Origin: Octopus vulgaris
Taxonomy: Eukaryota
Length of the DNA: 64,000 nucleotides
Direction of reading: 5' to 3'
Assembly (NCBI GenBank): GCA_951406725.2
Contig: OX597823.1
Span: 89,838,001 to 89,902,000 of the forward strand
The notes under the pieces are model-generated. The model was not told the DNA's origin and did no database searches. It saw only the letters and a list, made by a program, of their open reading frames with translations. The translations under genes were made by a program, and so were the position numbers. Each line of letters starts with the position of its first letter. Position 1 is the first letter of the stretch. Shown one piece after another: positions 51,455 through 64,000 of the stretch.

Positions 51455-52719
51455 CTGTTGAATAAGAAACAAAATACTGCAGCATGAAACTCTTTCATTA
51501 ACCAATCAAATTACAGCTAACGAGGGAAACTTTATGTGGTTGCCCTCTGTGCTAGAAATAGTTGCTTAATTTTCCTTAAATCACATCAAACTGTCTTAAA
51601 AAATGTAAGATGTTATTAAGGTTGTCTTAGATTATGCATGAAAAGAACTGATGGCCATAGTTAGAGCATCTTTGATTCTAAGTTGGTTGGGTCAGGATTG
51701 ACCCAGGAGTTAGTAATGATGATGATTAATAGACTTATTAATCTCATGCAAATAATGATTGCTTTACTGAGAGGAAAAACACAGACTGGGCAGTAAGAAG
51801 CGTAAATCAAGTAGATGTTAAGGTACTGAATAATCATTCTTAATTAATTGAAATGTACATCTTAATTAGAGAAAGAAAACAATAATCTAATAGTAACCAT
51901 TAGCAACATTCAGAGAAGAGTCACTAGCAAAAGTTTCTATGTATCAGATCCATTCAAAAAGCTTTGGTCAGCCTAAGGTTATGGTAGAAGGCCCTTGCCC
52001 ATGGTGCCATGCTGTAGGACTGAACCAGAAACCCAATAGTTGGGTAGTGACCTAACCACACAGCCATAAATATATATAATATTAGTAATCCTTTCTATTA
52101 TAGCCACAAGGCCTGAAGTTTCAGTGGGAGGGGACTAGCTGATTACATCAACCCCAGTACTCAAAATAATTAAAATACTAATGGTTTCAAATTTTAGCAC
52201 AAGGCCAACAGTTTTGCGGGAGAGGAGTATGTCAATTACATTGACCCCCAGTACCTTACTGGTACTTATTTTACCAACACTGAAAGGATGAAAGGTAAAG
52301 TCAACCTTGGGCAGACTTTGAACTCAGAACATAAAGACAGATGAAATGCTGGTAAGTATTTTGCTAGCCTTGCTCACTGCCTGAATGATAATAATGATAA
52401 GCTTGTCGTATACAGTGTTCAGCTGCTCTACAGCTCATCAGGAAAAGAGCAAAAGAAGGGACAGAAAGAATGTCATACGTCAAGACAAGTAAAGGAAGAT
52501 GGCAACAAAGGCTGGAAGTAAATGTATAGTACAGAGAATAGAACACAAGAAGACCAGTATAGGAACAGTAAAAGAGTCATGAAAAGAAAGGGTACATTAG
52601 CATGTCAGGAGCAGTGTTGACAAATTTAAGGGAGCATGGAAACGACCATGACAGCAAACAACCAATGCAGGTAGTTTATTCCATACTGAGCATGATATAA
52701 AGACAAATTAGTTGTGTAC

Positions 52720-52953
52720 CTGTTGAATCTTCTGCAAGAAATATGGGGTACATTGCAAATTGAGTTTTGTGCAATTACTCTGAACTGCTTCATTGAAGAT
52801 CTCATAGTCTGGTGAAGGAAGGGTCACACTAGGGAACAAATCTGAAGTGATGCCATGGAATAGGGGTAAGTCATGGTCCAGAAATTTTGGTAGGTTCACA
52901 TCTGTTATAGACCGAAGCATCAGGATGTCTTCATCTTCATCTGGGTAACGAAG
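52720..52953 (-). CDS. DNAH7: Dynein heavy chain exon (AAA1 lid)
   Basis: AG/GT; [41 protein letters not shown]...KIQQ. Confidence 0.95.
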
Positions 52954-53281
52954 CTGAATTATATTGGAAGAGAATGGAGAAATGAATTTATTTAGTTGTG
53001 ATAACAAACCAATAAAATACTGATTTCTAATATAGATACAATATTACAAACTCTTAGAAAGGTGAATAATTGATTACATGACCCACGTATTTTACTGGTA
53101 TTTTTATATAACTGAAAAGATGACGGGCATGGTCATCTTTAACAAGATTTAAAGTCAGAATATAAAGGGACGTAACTAAATACTACTACATGCCATTTTC
53201 CTCGAGTCTAGGACATTTATCCCCCATGAGCAAAAACCCCCCACAAGGACAACGGATAACGATTTAAAACTTTTTAATATA

Positions 53282-53673
53282 CTAGCACTATCGCCCGGCG
53301 TTGTTCGGATTTGTTTCGACCCTTTAGAATCGGAATTTTTGAAAAGTAAAAATTTTGCATTATGTAGCTTGTTATTCTCTTTAAGTGAACATTTGTCTGG
53401 TCGAAATACACCGAAAAATGGCGACACAGCAGTAAAAAAATCGTAAAAAATAGGGATTTTCATAGAAAAAAAAAGCACCTTTTTGATGTAAATAATTTTT
53501 GGTGCTAACATGGTCCAATTTGAATTTTATCTACTACGGAATGAAGAGCAAGCCTTCCTCTATCATACCCTCAATTTTGGTCAACTTGCGCCACAGGGTC
53601 TTGGAGGAGATAGTATTAGTTGAAGGCTACCAAACCTGCCATACACAGACAACTTCAGCTTTATATATATAGA
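53282..53673 (-). mobile_element. Non-autonomous Helitron
   Basis: 5' A|TCTATATATATAAAG; 3' CCGAACAACGCCGGGCGATAGTGCTAG|T. Confidence 0.8.
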
Positions 53674-54358
53674 TTGGAGAGGGGGTAATTAACCAAGAGG
53701 GGTAATTGTCCTAGGGTATAGTTAACATAGGGTGAGAATTGTCCTATTTGACAGAGTGTGGGGTGTAATTGTCCTATGGGACGTAATTGTCCTGATACGG
53801 TTTTCCTCACCTGGCAAGCCACCACCATTCATAAACTAAATTTAAACTCAGAATGTAAAGGGGTGAAACTAAATATGTCATATTCTTCACCCCACCTCCC
53901 TGTTTATCTCACCAGTCCACCATGCTTTCATAGACTAAATTTTTAAACATCAACATTGAAGGTGTTAGACAGAATCATCTCTTTAGTAGTTTCGAATAAA
54001 TTTCCTGCCATAATTTTGACAAGACACTTATTTTGAAATAAATATTGCTGTATTTCAGTAGAATCATTATTTTTAGCTGGGTCGTTACCATTAGTGACAG
54101 TAATGACAGTATTAAAGGCTTGTAGACATGTGGAATTTCGTTAGGCAACCACAATATACTATAAAGTATATTAAATATTTTTACGAGTCAACACCACGTT
54201 TTACTCCGTTAGCAGTGCGCTTTACATTATTTTCTTATGGTTATTTCTACAGAAATTATAGCCAGCAATGAATTTTTAATACATTTTGTATCGAGCCATC
54301 AGATGTAAACAAACAATGACATCTGAGACAAAAATGGATAACGAGTGTATATGCCATA

Positions 54359-54731
54359 TCTTTATATATAAAAGTAAGGTTGTGTGCTGTCTGTCTCATA
54401 CGATTTAGATTCCTAACTACTCCCACATTTTGCGGTGCAGTTTAACCAAAACCGGGTATCTTATAGTTGTGATTCATATTGAGCCCTTCTGGGTATTAGC
54501 GCGCGTCTACAATGAGTCTACGATTTAAAAAAAAATTTACCATCAATTTTTCCCTTTTTTAATGCATTTTTGGCATATATAAGGGAAGTAACTCTCTAAA
54601 AATTTATTATTAAACTCAGAACGTAAAAAGCTACAGTAACACTTCCCCTTTGTGGTTAGCCATATTGAGATGGCTATTATACTTTACATCTCTAAAAATG
54701 CTTATATAGTTATTTCCCTTACAAACCCGAG
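54359..54731 (+). mobile_element. Non-autonomous Helitron, 3' end lost
   Basis: 5' A|TCTTTATATATAAAAG; stops at ACAAACCCGAG, just before the terminal motif seen in the 53282 copy. Confidence 0.65.
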
Positions 54732-54739
54732 TTTTAAAT

Positions 54740-55435
54740 AATAATGAAATTACTGTATGCAGTGCTTAGGTGCACCACAACTTGTCATAAGTGTGGTGTT
54801 GGTGAATCTCAGGAAGCATGGAAGTTTTGAAGGATGCAGTGCTCCGACAACTAACAACTGATGCCGGCAGTTTGTTCCATGCTTCAGCAACTCTTAGCGT
54901 GAGAAAATGTTTCCTAAAGTTATGGGAGCTGTGCTATTTTCTGACTTTGTAAACATGTCCACGGGTGTTAGACAGATGGAGTTTGAAAAGGTGCTCAGAG
55001 TTATTGTTTGTAAGATGGTTAATAACTTTATGGGTGCCTGCCAAGTCAGCTGCTAGACGTCGGAGTTTCAATGTATCCATGCCCAGGGATGTAAGGCATT
55101 CAGAATATGGCAAATACCTGATGGAAGGTATTCTCTTGGTTGCACGTAGCGGAATGGTTTCCAGACGATTAATATCCTGGGCAAGATAGGGGTTCCAGAC
55201 CGGTGATACAAATTCCAGGTGAGGCCACACCATAGTTATATAAAGCCGCAGATAGATAGCTGGAGAGCGGCTCACAAAGGACTTGGTAAATGATGCCAAA
55301 ACACCTTCGGCCTTCTTGGCAATTTTAGCAATATGTTTTATCCAATGCAAATCGCTGTCGACAATAATGCCCAGGTCACGTTCACAAGAAGACATTTTGA
55401 GATTAGTGTTGTGGAGGGAATAAGTAGACGCTGCG
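54740..55435 (-). mobile_element. 5'-truncated degenerate CR1-clade LINE, related to 3622-5620
   Basis: ORF 54934-55395 aligns with the C-terminus of the 682-aa ORF; premature stop. Confidence 0.88.
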
Positions 55436-55489
55436 TTTTGTGGGGTTTTGCCCCCTCATCAGCACCTATCTAACCCACGCTTGCCTTTG

Positions 55490-55540
55490 ATGAGTGCTGA
55501 TGAAGGGTAAAACCCTACGAAATATGGCATATACACTCAT
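55490..55540 (+). ncRNA. Minimal type I hammerhead ribozyme motif
   Basis: ATGAGTG-CTGATGA-AGGG(TAAAA)CCCT-AC-GAA-ATATG(G)CATAT-A-CACTCAT. Confidence 0.7.
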
Positions 55541-55810
55541 TACCCATTTTTATTTTTAATCTTATTGTTTGTTTACATCTGACATCTGGATACGAAACAA
55601 AATATCAGTGCTGGCTATAATTCCTGTAGAAATAACCTTAACAAAATAATGTAATGGCAGTGTCATTAGGAAGAGATACCCAACCATCTAAACCATACCA
55701 AAGCAGATGTTGAAGCACTATGCAGTCCTCCTTGGACTCACTGGATCTTGTCAAACCATCAAATTTATGCCAGTAGGGAAGAAGAAGATGATGATGATGA
55801 GGGGGAGGAG

Positions 55811-55842
<32 letters not shown>

Positions 55843-56827
55843 TGATGATGATGAGGAGGAGGATGAGGATGAGGAGTAAAATAGGAACCAAAAGGGTCCA
55901 CAGGTAAAAAATGGTTGAGAACAACTGCTCTAGAAGAGAGCAATATTTCTTGCCCTATTTGCAATCGCTCAGCAATATTATATTCATCTGCATCGTATCT
56001 TAATTATTTGAAAGTATGTGCAGGGGACATACTATACAATTTTTGCTCTTCTAAAGAATATTTCATCTGGCTCTCTTGTTTCTCCCTAACAAGCAAACAT
56101 TGACACACTTAACCTCATCCATTTATATCTACCAACCTTTTGGCGGGCACCCCTAGTTCTATGATACAAAACTGCATATTTTAAAGCGATCATAACTCAA
56201 TCAAAACCATCCATCATAATTTTACGTAAGAATACATTTAAGTTCCAAACTGTAATATAATAATAATTTCTGATCAAGGTAAAAGCAACTAAGGAGAGGG
56301 TTTGCCAATACTATCAACCCTAGTACTTGACAGATATTTTATTTTAAGGGCCCAAAAATGGAACTTGAAATCAGAAAGTCAAGAGTTGGAACAAATGCCC
56401 CAAGGCATTTTTCTGTTGCTAAAACAAATCTGCCAATCTTCTGCTTTGAAAACCAATACCATGTGATCATGTGACCAACAAGACTATCAGATGTTGTTAC
56501 ACATTGCTGGTCACAATGCACTTTGCATTGTTTTAGCCTTCAAAAGATGCCACCCTGCTGGCTAGGCAAACAAGCCAACATTCCCTACTCCTCAATCAAA
56601 AGGGAGGCTAGAGCAATATGAAATGAAGTGTTTTGCTCAAGAACACAATGTGCTACCTGGTCTTGGAATTGAACCCATGATATACCAATCGTGAGCACAA
56701 CTACTTAACCACTAGGCCACATGCCTTCATGAAAACCAATAAAGTGATTTAAAAATTAGTTACTTTACAAAATCTCTCCAAAGTCTTAATCAATTTCAAA
56801 CATTAATTGAAACTCATAGATAGATTA

Positions 56828-57133
<306 letters not shown>

Positions 57134-57984
57134 CTACAAAACATTCAATACATAATGGTTAAAAATCTCAGCATGATTTTTAAGGGTCATGGTAAATATA
57201 ACGTAGCGAAATCTAGAAAGGCACAACAAAGTCCAGCTATTCACAGTGAAGCCAGTTTTACACAGGAAAATCTAACAATATGCACCAAGGCTCAGCTAGT
57301 TTTAAATCACAAACTCCATTTAGCTTCGACCAGCCTGTAGTACTAATTATCCTGACTGATTTTTTTTAATAGTTAGAATAGTACTTGTGATGGTATACAT
57401 ATTAAATTTTGATAATTTCAGTTTGATCTTACAAAAAAAAATTAAAATTCAACATCTTTTAATTTGATGAATTAAAAGCTTGATTCTTTTCATTTTTAAA
57501 AATTAAGGACAGAATGCTATATGCACTTCTTCATATTTATATCTAAATGTAAAATACTCATTTAACTTAATATATTTATTTAAAAGAGCTTTAGATTAAA
57601 GTACCAGTGTGTATACATATTTACAATGTGTATTCTAAAGTGGAATAGTACTAACTATTAACAGTTTGTCTCAGAAAATTTTTCAAGATTTGTGTAGTAA
57701 AAACATAGGATTTAATTCAGAATGCCAGTGGATCATCAGACGCAATGTTTCAATCTAATTCTGTCTCCTCAGTGACAAATACCCTAAACATTTTATTAAT
57801 TTTGATATAGAAATCAATAAACAAAACATTTAATGGTTTATATGAATGCAACCAGGCTTGGATTAAAATAGCCTTAAATTAAAAAAAAGGCTTAAATTAA
57901 CTATCAACACACCAAGCTAACATTGCAATGCTCTCTTTTATCACCACAGTCACATCCACACTTATCCACTATTTATGTTGGCTT

Positions 57985-58490
57985 ACTGCATGCCATCAAA
58001 GTGACATTGGGGTACAAATATACAAAGCCCAATATACACATCATGACTACCCATTTGATAAGAGTAAACCAGGCATATACCTCACAACCATATGTATGTG
58101 ACATGGTGATCTCATATCAAGATAAACAGTGCATGACCTTGCAGGTGGGGCCCAGTTAGAATTTTTTTCAGGTTGGGTAGCCCATCCCAATCAAAATGTC
58201 CCTAGTTAAGGGTTGTTCAAGGATGTTGAACAAAACACCCATGTTACCAGAGGTGAATTATTCAAACCCCCAAAGAATTCCTCACAACACATGGCTATGA
58301 TGCTCCCCAACTACTTCTGCTTAAGATCAGAGACGCACATATTGTCAGCCATGAAGGGGCATGCTCAACTGGTTAAGGTCAAACAACTGACAAGTGAATC
58401 TGTGGTATGGAGCAGAACATTTGCTACAGCCCATTCTTTATGCCAAGACAAAATATGTACATGATGACACTTCCAATCAGCTAAAATCAT
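57985..58490 (-). mobile_element. Family F repeat, second copy
   Basis: Co-linear similarity to 40218-40765. Confidence 0.75.
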
Positions 58491-58915
58491 ATCACAGAGA
58501 AATAAATTTTTAAAAGCTTTGGAATGCAGTTGAGTACATTTGAGCAATCTTTCATCAGACCAAGTTGAAAATGGTTTCTAATGATTCTGACAATTTTCTA
58601 AATTAAAAACTTATAAATTTTTATAATTAAAAAAAAAAAGATATGGCAGTGCCCCAGCATGGTCACAGCTCGTGAGCTGAAACTAGAATCAATCAATCAA
58701 TATGATAAAAAAAATTTCACTAAAGGGAGAACTCAAATCTCATGAGAGAATCAAGATATTCATAGGACATTATAAAAAATATTAAATATCACTAAAGAAA
58801 CAAAGTTTATATGTAACAGAAACTAATCTTGTTATAAGAGAAATGTCTCCATGGATTTTTGAGTAGAACATACTCAAAAAGAGAACAAAAGAATTAATAA
58901 TAATATTCACTGTAC

Positions 58916-59043
58916 CTTTAAGTTGTCAGGGAGTTCTGATCGACCAGCATAGCCAGGGTTCATAGTAATAAACACAGAGCACGTGGGATCAAGTCTTATT
59001 TCCGTCCCCTCAAATAACAAGGTATCAGACCCTGAATTAATAC
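58916..59043 (-). CDS. DNAH7: Dynein heavy chain exon (AAA1 sensor I)
   Basis: AG/GT; [42 protein letters not shown]. Confidence 0.96.
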
Positions 59044-59126
59044 CTGAAATAGGATTAAAGCTGGATTAGAATGAATATAAGGCTTATGTAAACAGAGAAA
59101 CATAGCAAAGAGTATCAACTAAAACT

Positions 59127-60138
59127 TCACAACACAAATACACCCTCACACATAAGTAGACACTCACACAAGTACAACACAAGTAGACACTCACACTCAA
59201 GTAGACACTCACACACAAGTAGACACTCACACAAGTACACCCTCACACACAAGTAGACACTCACACAAGTACAACACAAGTACACCTCACACTCAAGTAG
59301 ACACTCACACAAGTACACCCTCACACACAAGTAGACACTCACACAAGTACAACACAAGTACACCCTCACACACAAGTAGACAGTCACACAAGTACAACAC
59401 AAGTGCACACTCACAAACAAGTAGACACTCACACAAGTACACCCTCACACTCAAGTAGACACTCACACAAGTACACCCTCACACACAAGTAGACACTCAC
59501 ATAAGTACAACACAAGTGCACACTCACACTCAAATAGGCACTCACACAAGTGCACACTCACACACAAGTAGACACTCACACAAGTACAACACAAATACAC
59601 CCTCACACATAAGTAGACACTCACACAAGTACAACACAAGTGCACACTCACACACAAGTAGACACTCACACAAGTACAACACAAGTGCACACTCACACAC
59701 AAGTAGACACTCACACACAAGTAGACACTCACACAAGTACACACTCACACACAAGTACACACTCACACACAAGTAGACACTCACACAAGTACAACACAAA
59801 TACACCCTCACACATAAGTAGACACTCACATAAGTACAACACAAGTGCTCACTCACACTCAAGTAGACACTCACACAAGTACAATACAAGTGCACACTCA
59901 CACACAAGTAGACACTCACACAAGTACAACACAAGTACACACTCACACACAAGTAGACACTCACACACAAGTAGACACTCACACAAGTACACACTCACAC
60001 TCAAGTAGACACTCACACAAGTACAGCACAAGTACATCCTTACACACAAGTAGACACTCACACAAGTACAACACAAGTACACACTCACACTCAAGTAGAC
60101 ACCCACACAAGTACAACACAAGTACACCCTCACACACA
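59127..60138. repeat. ~1 kb complex minisatellite of CAAGT-anchored 12-18 bp units
   Basis: Units CAAGTAGACACTCACA, CAAGTACAACA, CAAGTACACCCTCACACA, CAAGTGCACACTCACACA in recurring order. Confidence 0.95.
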
Positions 60139-60675
60139 TGTGCTACATATACTCTGACAAATGTACATATTAGATCATGCTCACTTAGTCATCTCCTACC
60201 ACACAAATATCTTACTTAATAGTGAGATATTTCATAAAATGCTTTCAAATTTTGCCACAAGAGCAGCAATTTTGAAAGAGGGGATAAGTCAATTACATCG
60301 ACCCCCCCCCCCCCAGTGTTTATCTGGTATTTATTTTACTGACCCTGACAGGATGAAAGGCAAAGTCAACCTTGGTGGAATTTGAACTCAGAACATAAAG
60401 CCAGACAAAATACTGCCAAGTATTTTGCCCAGTGTGCTAATGATTTTGCCAGCTGACAGCCTTGAGATGTTCCATGTCCAGTCCAATGAAAGACAGTCTT
60501 AGGGGTCAACAATTTGATGAAATATATGAGGTGAAAGCTGCTGTGAAAAAGTAGGTACAACAGTACCTTTTCAAAACGATTTAAGAGTTGGCTTCAACAG
60601 TGGTGTAATGGTGCATCATATGTAATTGAGGCTATGTTTCGTGGTAACCGTTGTATAGAGGGAGTTATTCTATTA

Positions 60676-60978
<303 letters not shown>

Positions 60979-61239
60979 CTAGAGAATAAATCAGTCAAAT
61001 TTAAATAAAAATCAGTAATGTGAAATAATCCAAGCATCATAAAATTAATAGTTCTTAATACTGGATTTTGTGGGGAGGGAGCAGTCATCGCATTGACTCC
61101 AGCAATCAACTGGTACTTAATTTATCAACCCCGAAGGATGCAAAGCAAAGTCGACCCTGGCAGAATTTGACCTCAGAACATAAAGATGGACAAAATGCAT
61201 TTTGCTTGGCATGTTAATGATTCTGCCAGCTCACCACCC

Positions 61240-61290
<51 letters not shown>

Positions 61291-61295
<5 letters not shown>

Positions 61296-61654
61296 CAATA
61301 TTAGCAGATGAGAACGTGTCTCTAAAAGAAATGGAGAAACTTTCAAAATACAAAGACCTGGAAATAGAGGTAACTCAAATGTGGAATCTAAAAGCAGAAA
61401 CAATTCCTATCATAGTAGGCGCATTAGGTATGATAAAAAAATATTCAGACAAATACATAACAAAAACACCAGGACTTACAAACACATATAACATACAGAA
61501 AATTGCACTACTTGGCACTGCACACATCCTACGCAGAACACTTTCCATACAATAACCATCAGAGCATCACAACAAATCACAGCACATAACCAAGGCACAC
61601 AGCTGTGCTCGGTAGTGAAGTGAAAGCACACTATAAAAATGAAACTACTGAATG

Positions 61655-61655
<1 letters not shown>
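61291..61655 (+). mobile_element. R4/Dong-type LINE 3' fragment inside a (TAA)n array
   Basis: KE.EKLSKYKDLEIEV..MW....IPIIVGALG..IQKIALLGTAHILR; (TAA)n at 61241-61290 and 61655-61690. Confidence 0.85.
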
Positions 61656-61694
<39 letters not shown>

Positions 61695-62075
61695 CAAGAG
61701 CACTCAGCACAAACCTCTACCAAGGTAACACCAACGTCCTCACAGCAATTAACCAGAGAGTATTTTAAAAATGAGAATATCTGAAATAAACTCAGCTGCT
61801 CTCACAAACGAGAATACTAAAAATTAACCCGACCACTCTCAAAAATTAAGCAAAAAAACAGGAATTAATAATCCAGAATCCTTGTCCAGTACCAGATCGA
61901 TGCCAAAATCTAATCAGTTTGTGTCAGTCACAAGACCAAACATCTCTGAAAGGATGAAAGTCAAAGTTGACCTCGGTGGAATTTGAACCCAGAACATAGC
62001 AATAGGTGAAATACCGCTAAGCTTTTCGTCCAGTATGCTAACGATTCTGCCAGCTCACCACCTTAATGATGACTA

Positions 62076-62372
<297 letters not shown>

Positions 62373-62632
62373 TCAGTTTCATCGGAAACAAAATTGCTTT
62401 TAAAAGGTTGTGCACACCTGTCTATTTGTGTGCATGTGTGTGTGTGTGTGAAAGAGGGAGAGTTTGTGTGTGCGTGTGTGTCTGTCTGTCTGAACAGACA
62501 ACTGGGAACAGTAGTTTTTAGGGAAATTTAGTTGCTATTTCTGGGAAGTCGAATGACCTCATAGCGGCATATTTGTTGACTCATAGAATTGATTTGACTG
62601 GTGAGGATTAGCACTTTCAACCCATGTCTATA

Positions 62633-63779
62633 TTGGGTCATCCCATAAATAATGCAGTTTTTCAATTGCATGAACTTAAAGTTGAAGGGGGGTGGGATAA
62701 ACTACCTGCATTAACTTGCTGTAAAAGCCGGTAGTAATTTTACCTTGCACTTATTCTTAGTTAAAGTTTTGAAGAGTGTGGTTTGATTTTAACAGTTATT
62801 TTTACAAAGCTATATTGGAAGTGACAAAGGAGCATATTCAACATATTTTGCTTTATGAGTTCAATAAAAGCAACAACGCTACAGAAAGTGCAAGGAATAT
62901 TAATGCAGTATATGGGGATCAGACAATAAGTGTAAGCCAGTGTCAACGGTGGTTCCAGAAATTCCAAGCAGGAAACTACAGCCTAGAAGACGACCTCATG
63001 GAAGATCTGTAGAACTCAACAAGGACATCCTGCAAATGCTGATGAAACAAAATCCAGTTGCAACTGTTGAGAAACTGGTAGAGAAGCTTGGATTTGGTCA
63101 TTCTACCATTCATCAATACCTGCGTGCCATTGGAAAAATCAGGAAATTTGGTCAAAGGGTTCCTCACAAATTTTCTAAGTCTAATTCCATGCAGAGAGTG
63201 AATGTGTGCTCTTCTTTGCTGTCACATCTCATGAATGAACCTTTTATGGGCCGAAGAGGGACTGGTGACAAGAAATGGGGTCTCTATAAAAATGTCAAGT
63301 GCCAAAGACAGTGGGTAGGGAAAGGAGAAACATCGGCACCCACCCAAACCAAAGAATGGCAGCGCTAGAACAAAAACAACCATCTTTGATTTGAAGACAA
63401 AAGATGTTCTCCCTTGAGGATAATACTTGGCCACATACAGCAAGGATGACATTCCAAAGGCTGGAGCAGTTTGGATGGGAAACGATACCCCACTCACCAT
63501 ATTCAACAGACATTGCCCCATCTGATTATCATTTATTCTGCTGTCTTCAAAATCCTTTGGATGAAAAAAATATGAATTCTGTAGACAAGGTCAGAACAGT
63601 ACTGGAGGAGTAGTTTTCATCACAGACAAGTGAATTTTGAAAGAGGGGCCTTGCAAGTCTACCAGAGTGAGATGGAGGAGCATTGTAGAAAACGAAGCAG
63701 ATTAAAAAACAAATTTGTTTATCTTAATTTTGAAAACTAAAAGTATAAAAAAAAACACATTATTTATGGGATGACCTAA
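62633..63779 (+). mobile_element. Degenerate mariner transposon
   Basis: TA TSDs at 62631-32 and 63780-81; TIRs TT(G/A)GGTCATCCCATAAATAATG; HTH ILLYEF..WFQKF, RVPH, TGDKKW and PYSTDIAPSDYHLF motifs, frameshifted. Confidence 0.92.
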
Positions 63780-64000
63780 TACTTTAGCGACTGCAGATTT
63801 GTTTCACTATACTTTCCTTGAAAATTTTGTTTGACTATACCCTTGAAAAATTAAAAAGCAGACAGCTACATGGCTTTGTATTTACAACTAAAACTAAAGG
63901 CATTTCTGGCAGTGAGTGACACATATACACATAACCATATGGCTGTCTGCTTTTGTGTTTTCCAGGAATAAATTCAAACAAAATCACACCTGCTAAAGCA

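Noticed and set aside
59127-60138. CRISPR-like repeat/spacer look and His/Thr- or Cys/Val-rich ORFs
   Set aside because: Intervening units are themselves repeated and very short, there are no cas genes, and the context is a eukaryotic intron; the ORFs are translations of the repeat

Overview
Repeat-rich, AT-rich eukaryotic DNA. The SINE and microsatellite landscape suggests an octopus or other coleoid cephalopod (inference). The whole window lies inside one minus-strand gene, an axonemal inner-arm dynein heavy chain of the DNAH7 type. I traced 25 consecutive GT-AG exons with consistent reading phase, running from the AAA1 P-loop (62.3 kb) through AAA2-AAA4 into the stalk coiled coil (position 1). 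The introns hold tRNA-derived SINEs, CR1-, RTE- and R4/Dong-type LINE fragments (one CR1 keeps an uninterrupted RT ORF), three Tc1/mariner relics with TIRs, three non-autonomous Helitrons, a Penelope-like GIY-YIG fragment and a 1 kb minisatellite. The most notable unannotated signal is a set of type I hammerhead-ribozyme motifs. Several sit inside fold-back (inverted-repeat) elements, including a ~1.55 kb spacerless palindrome. These look like non-autonomous Penelope-like or retrozyme-type elements. All calls are by eye; repeat boundaries without TSD or TIR support are approximate.
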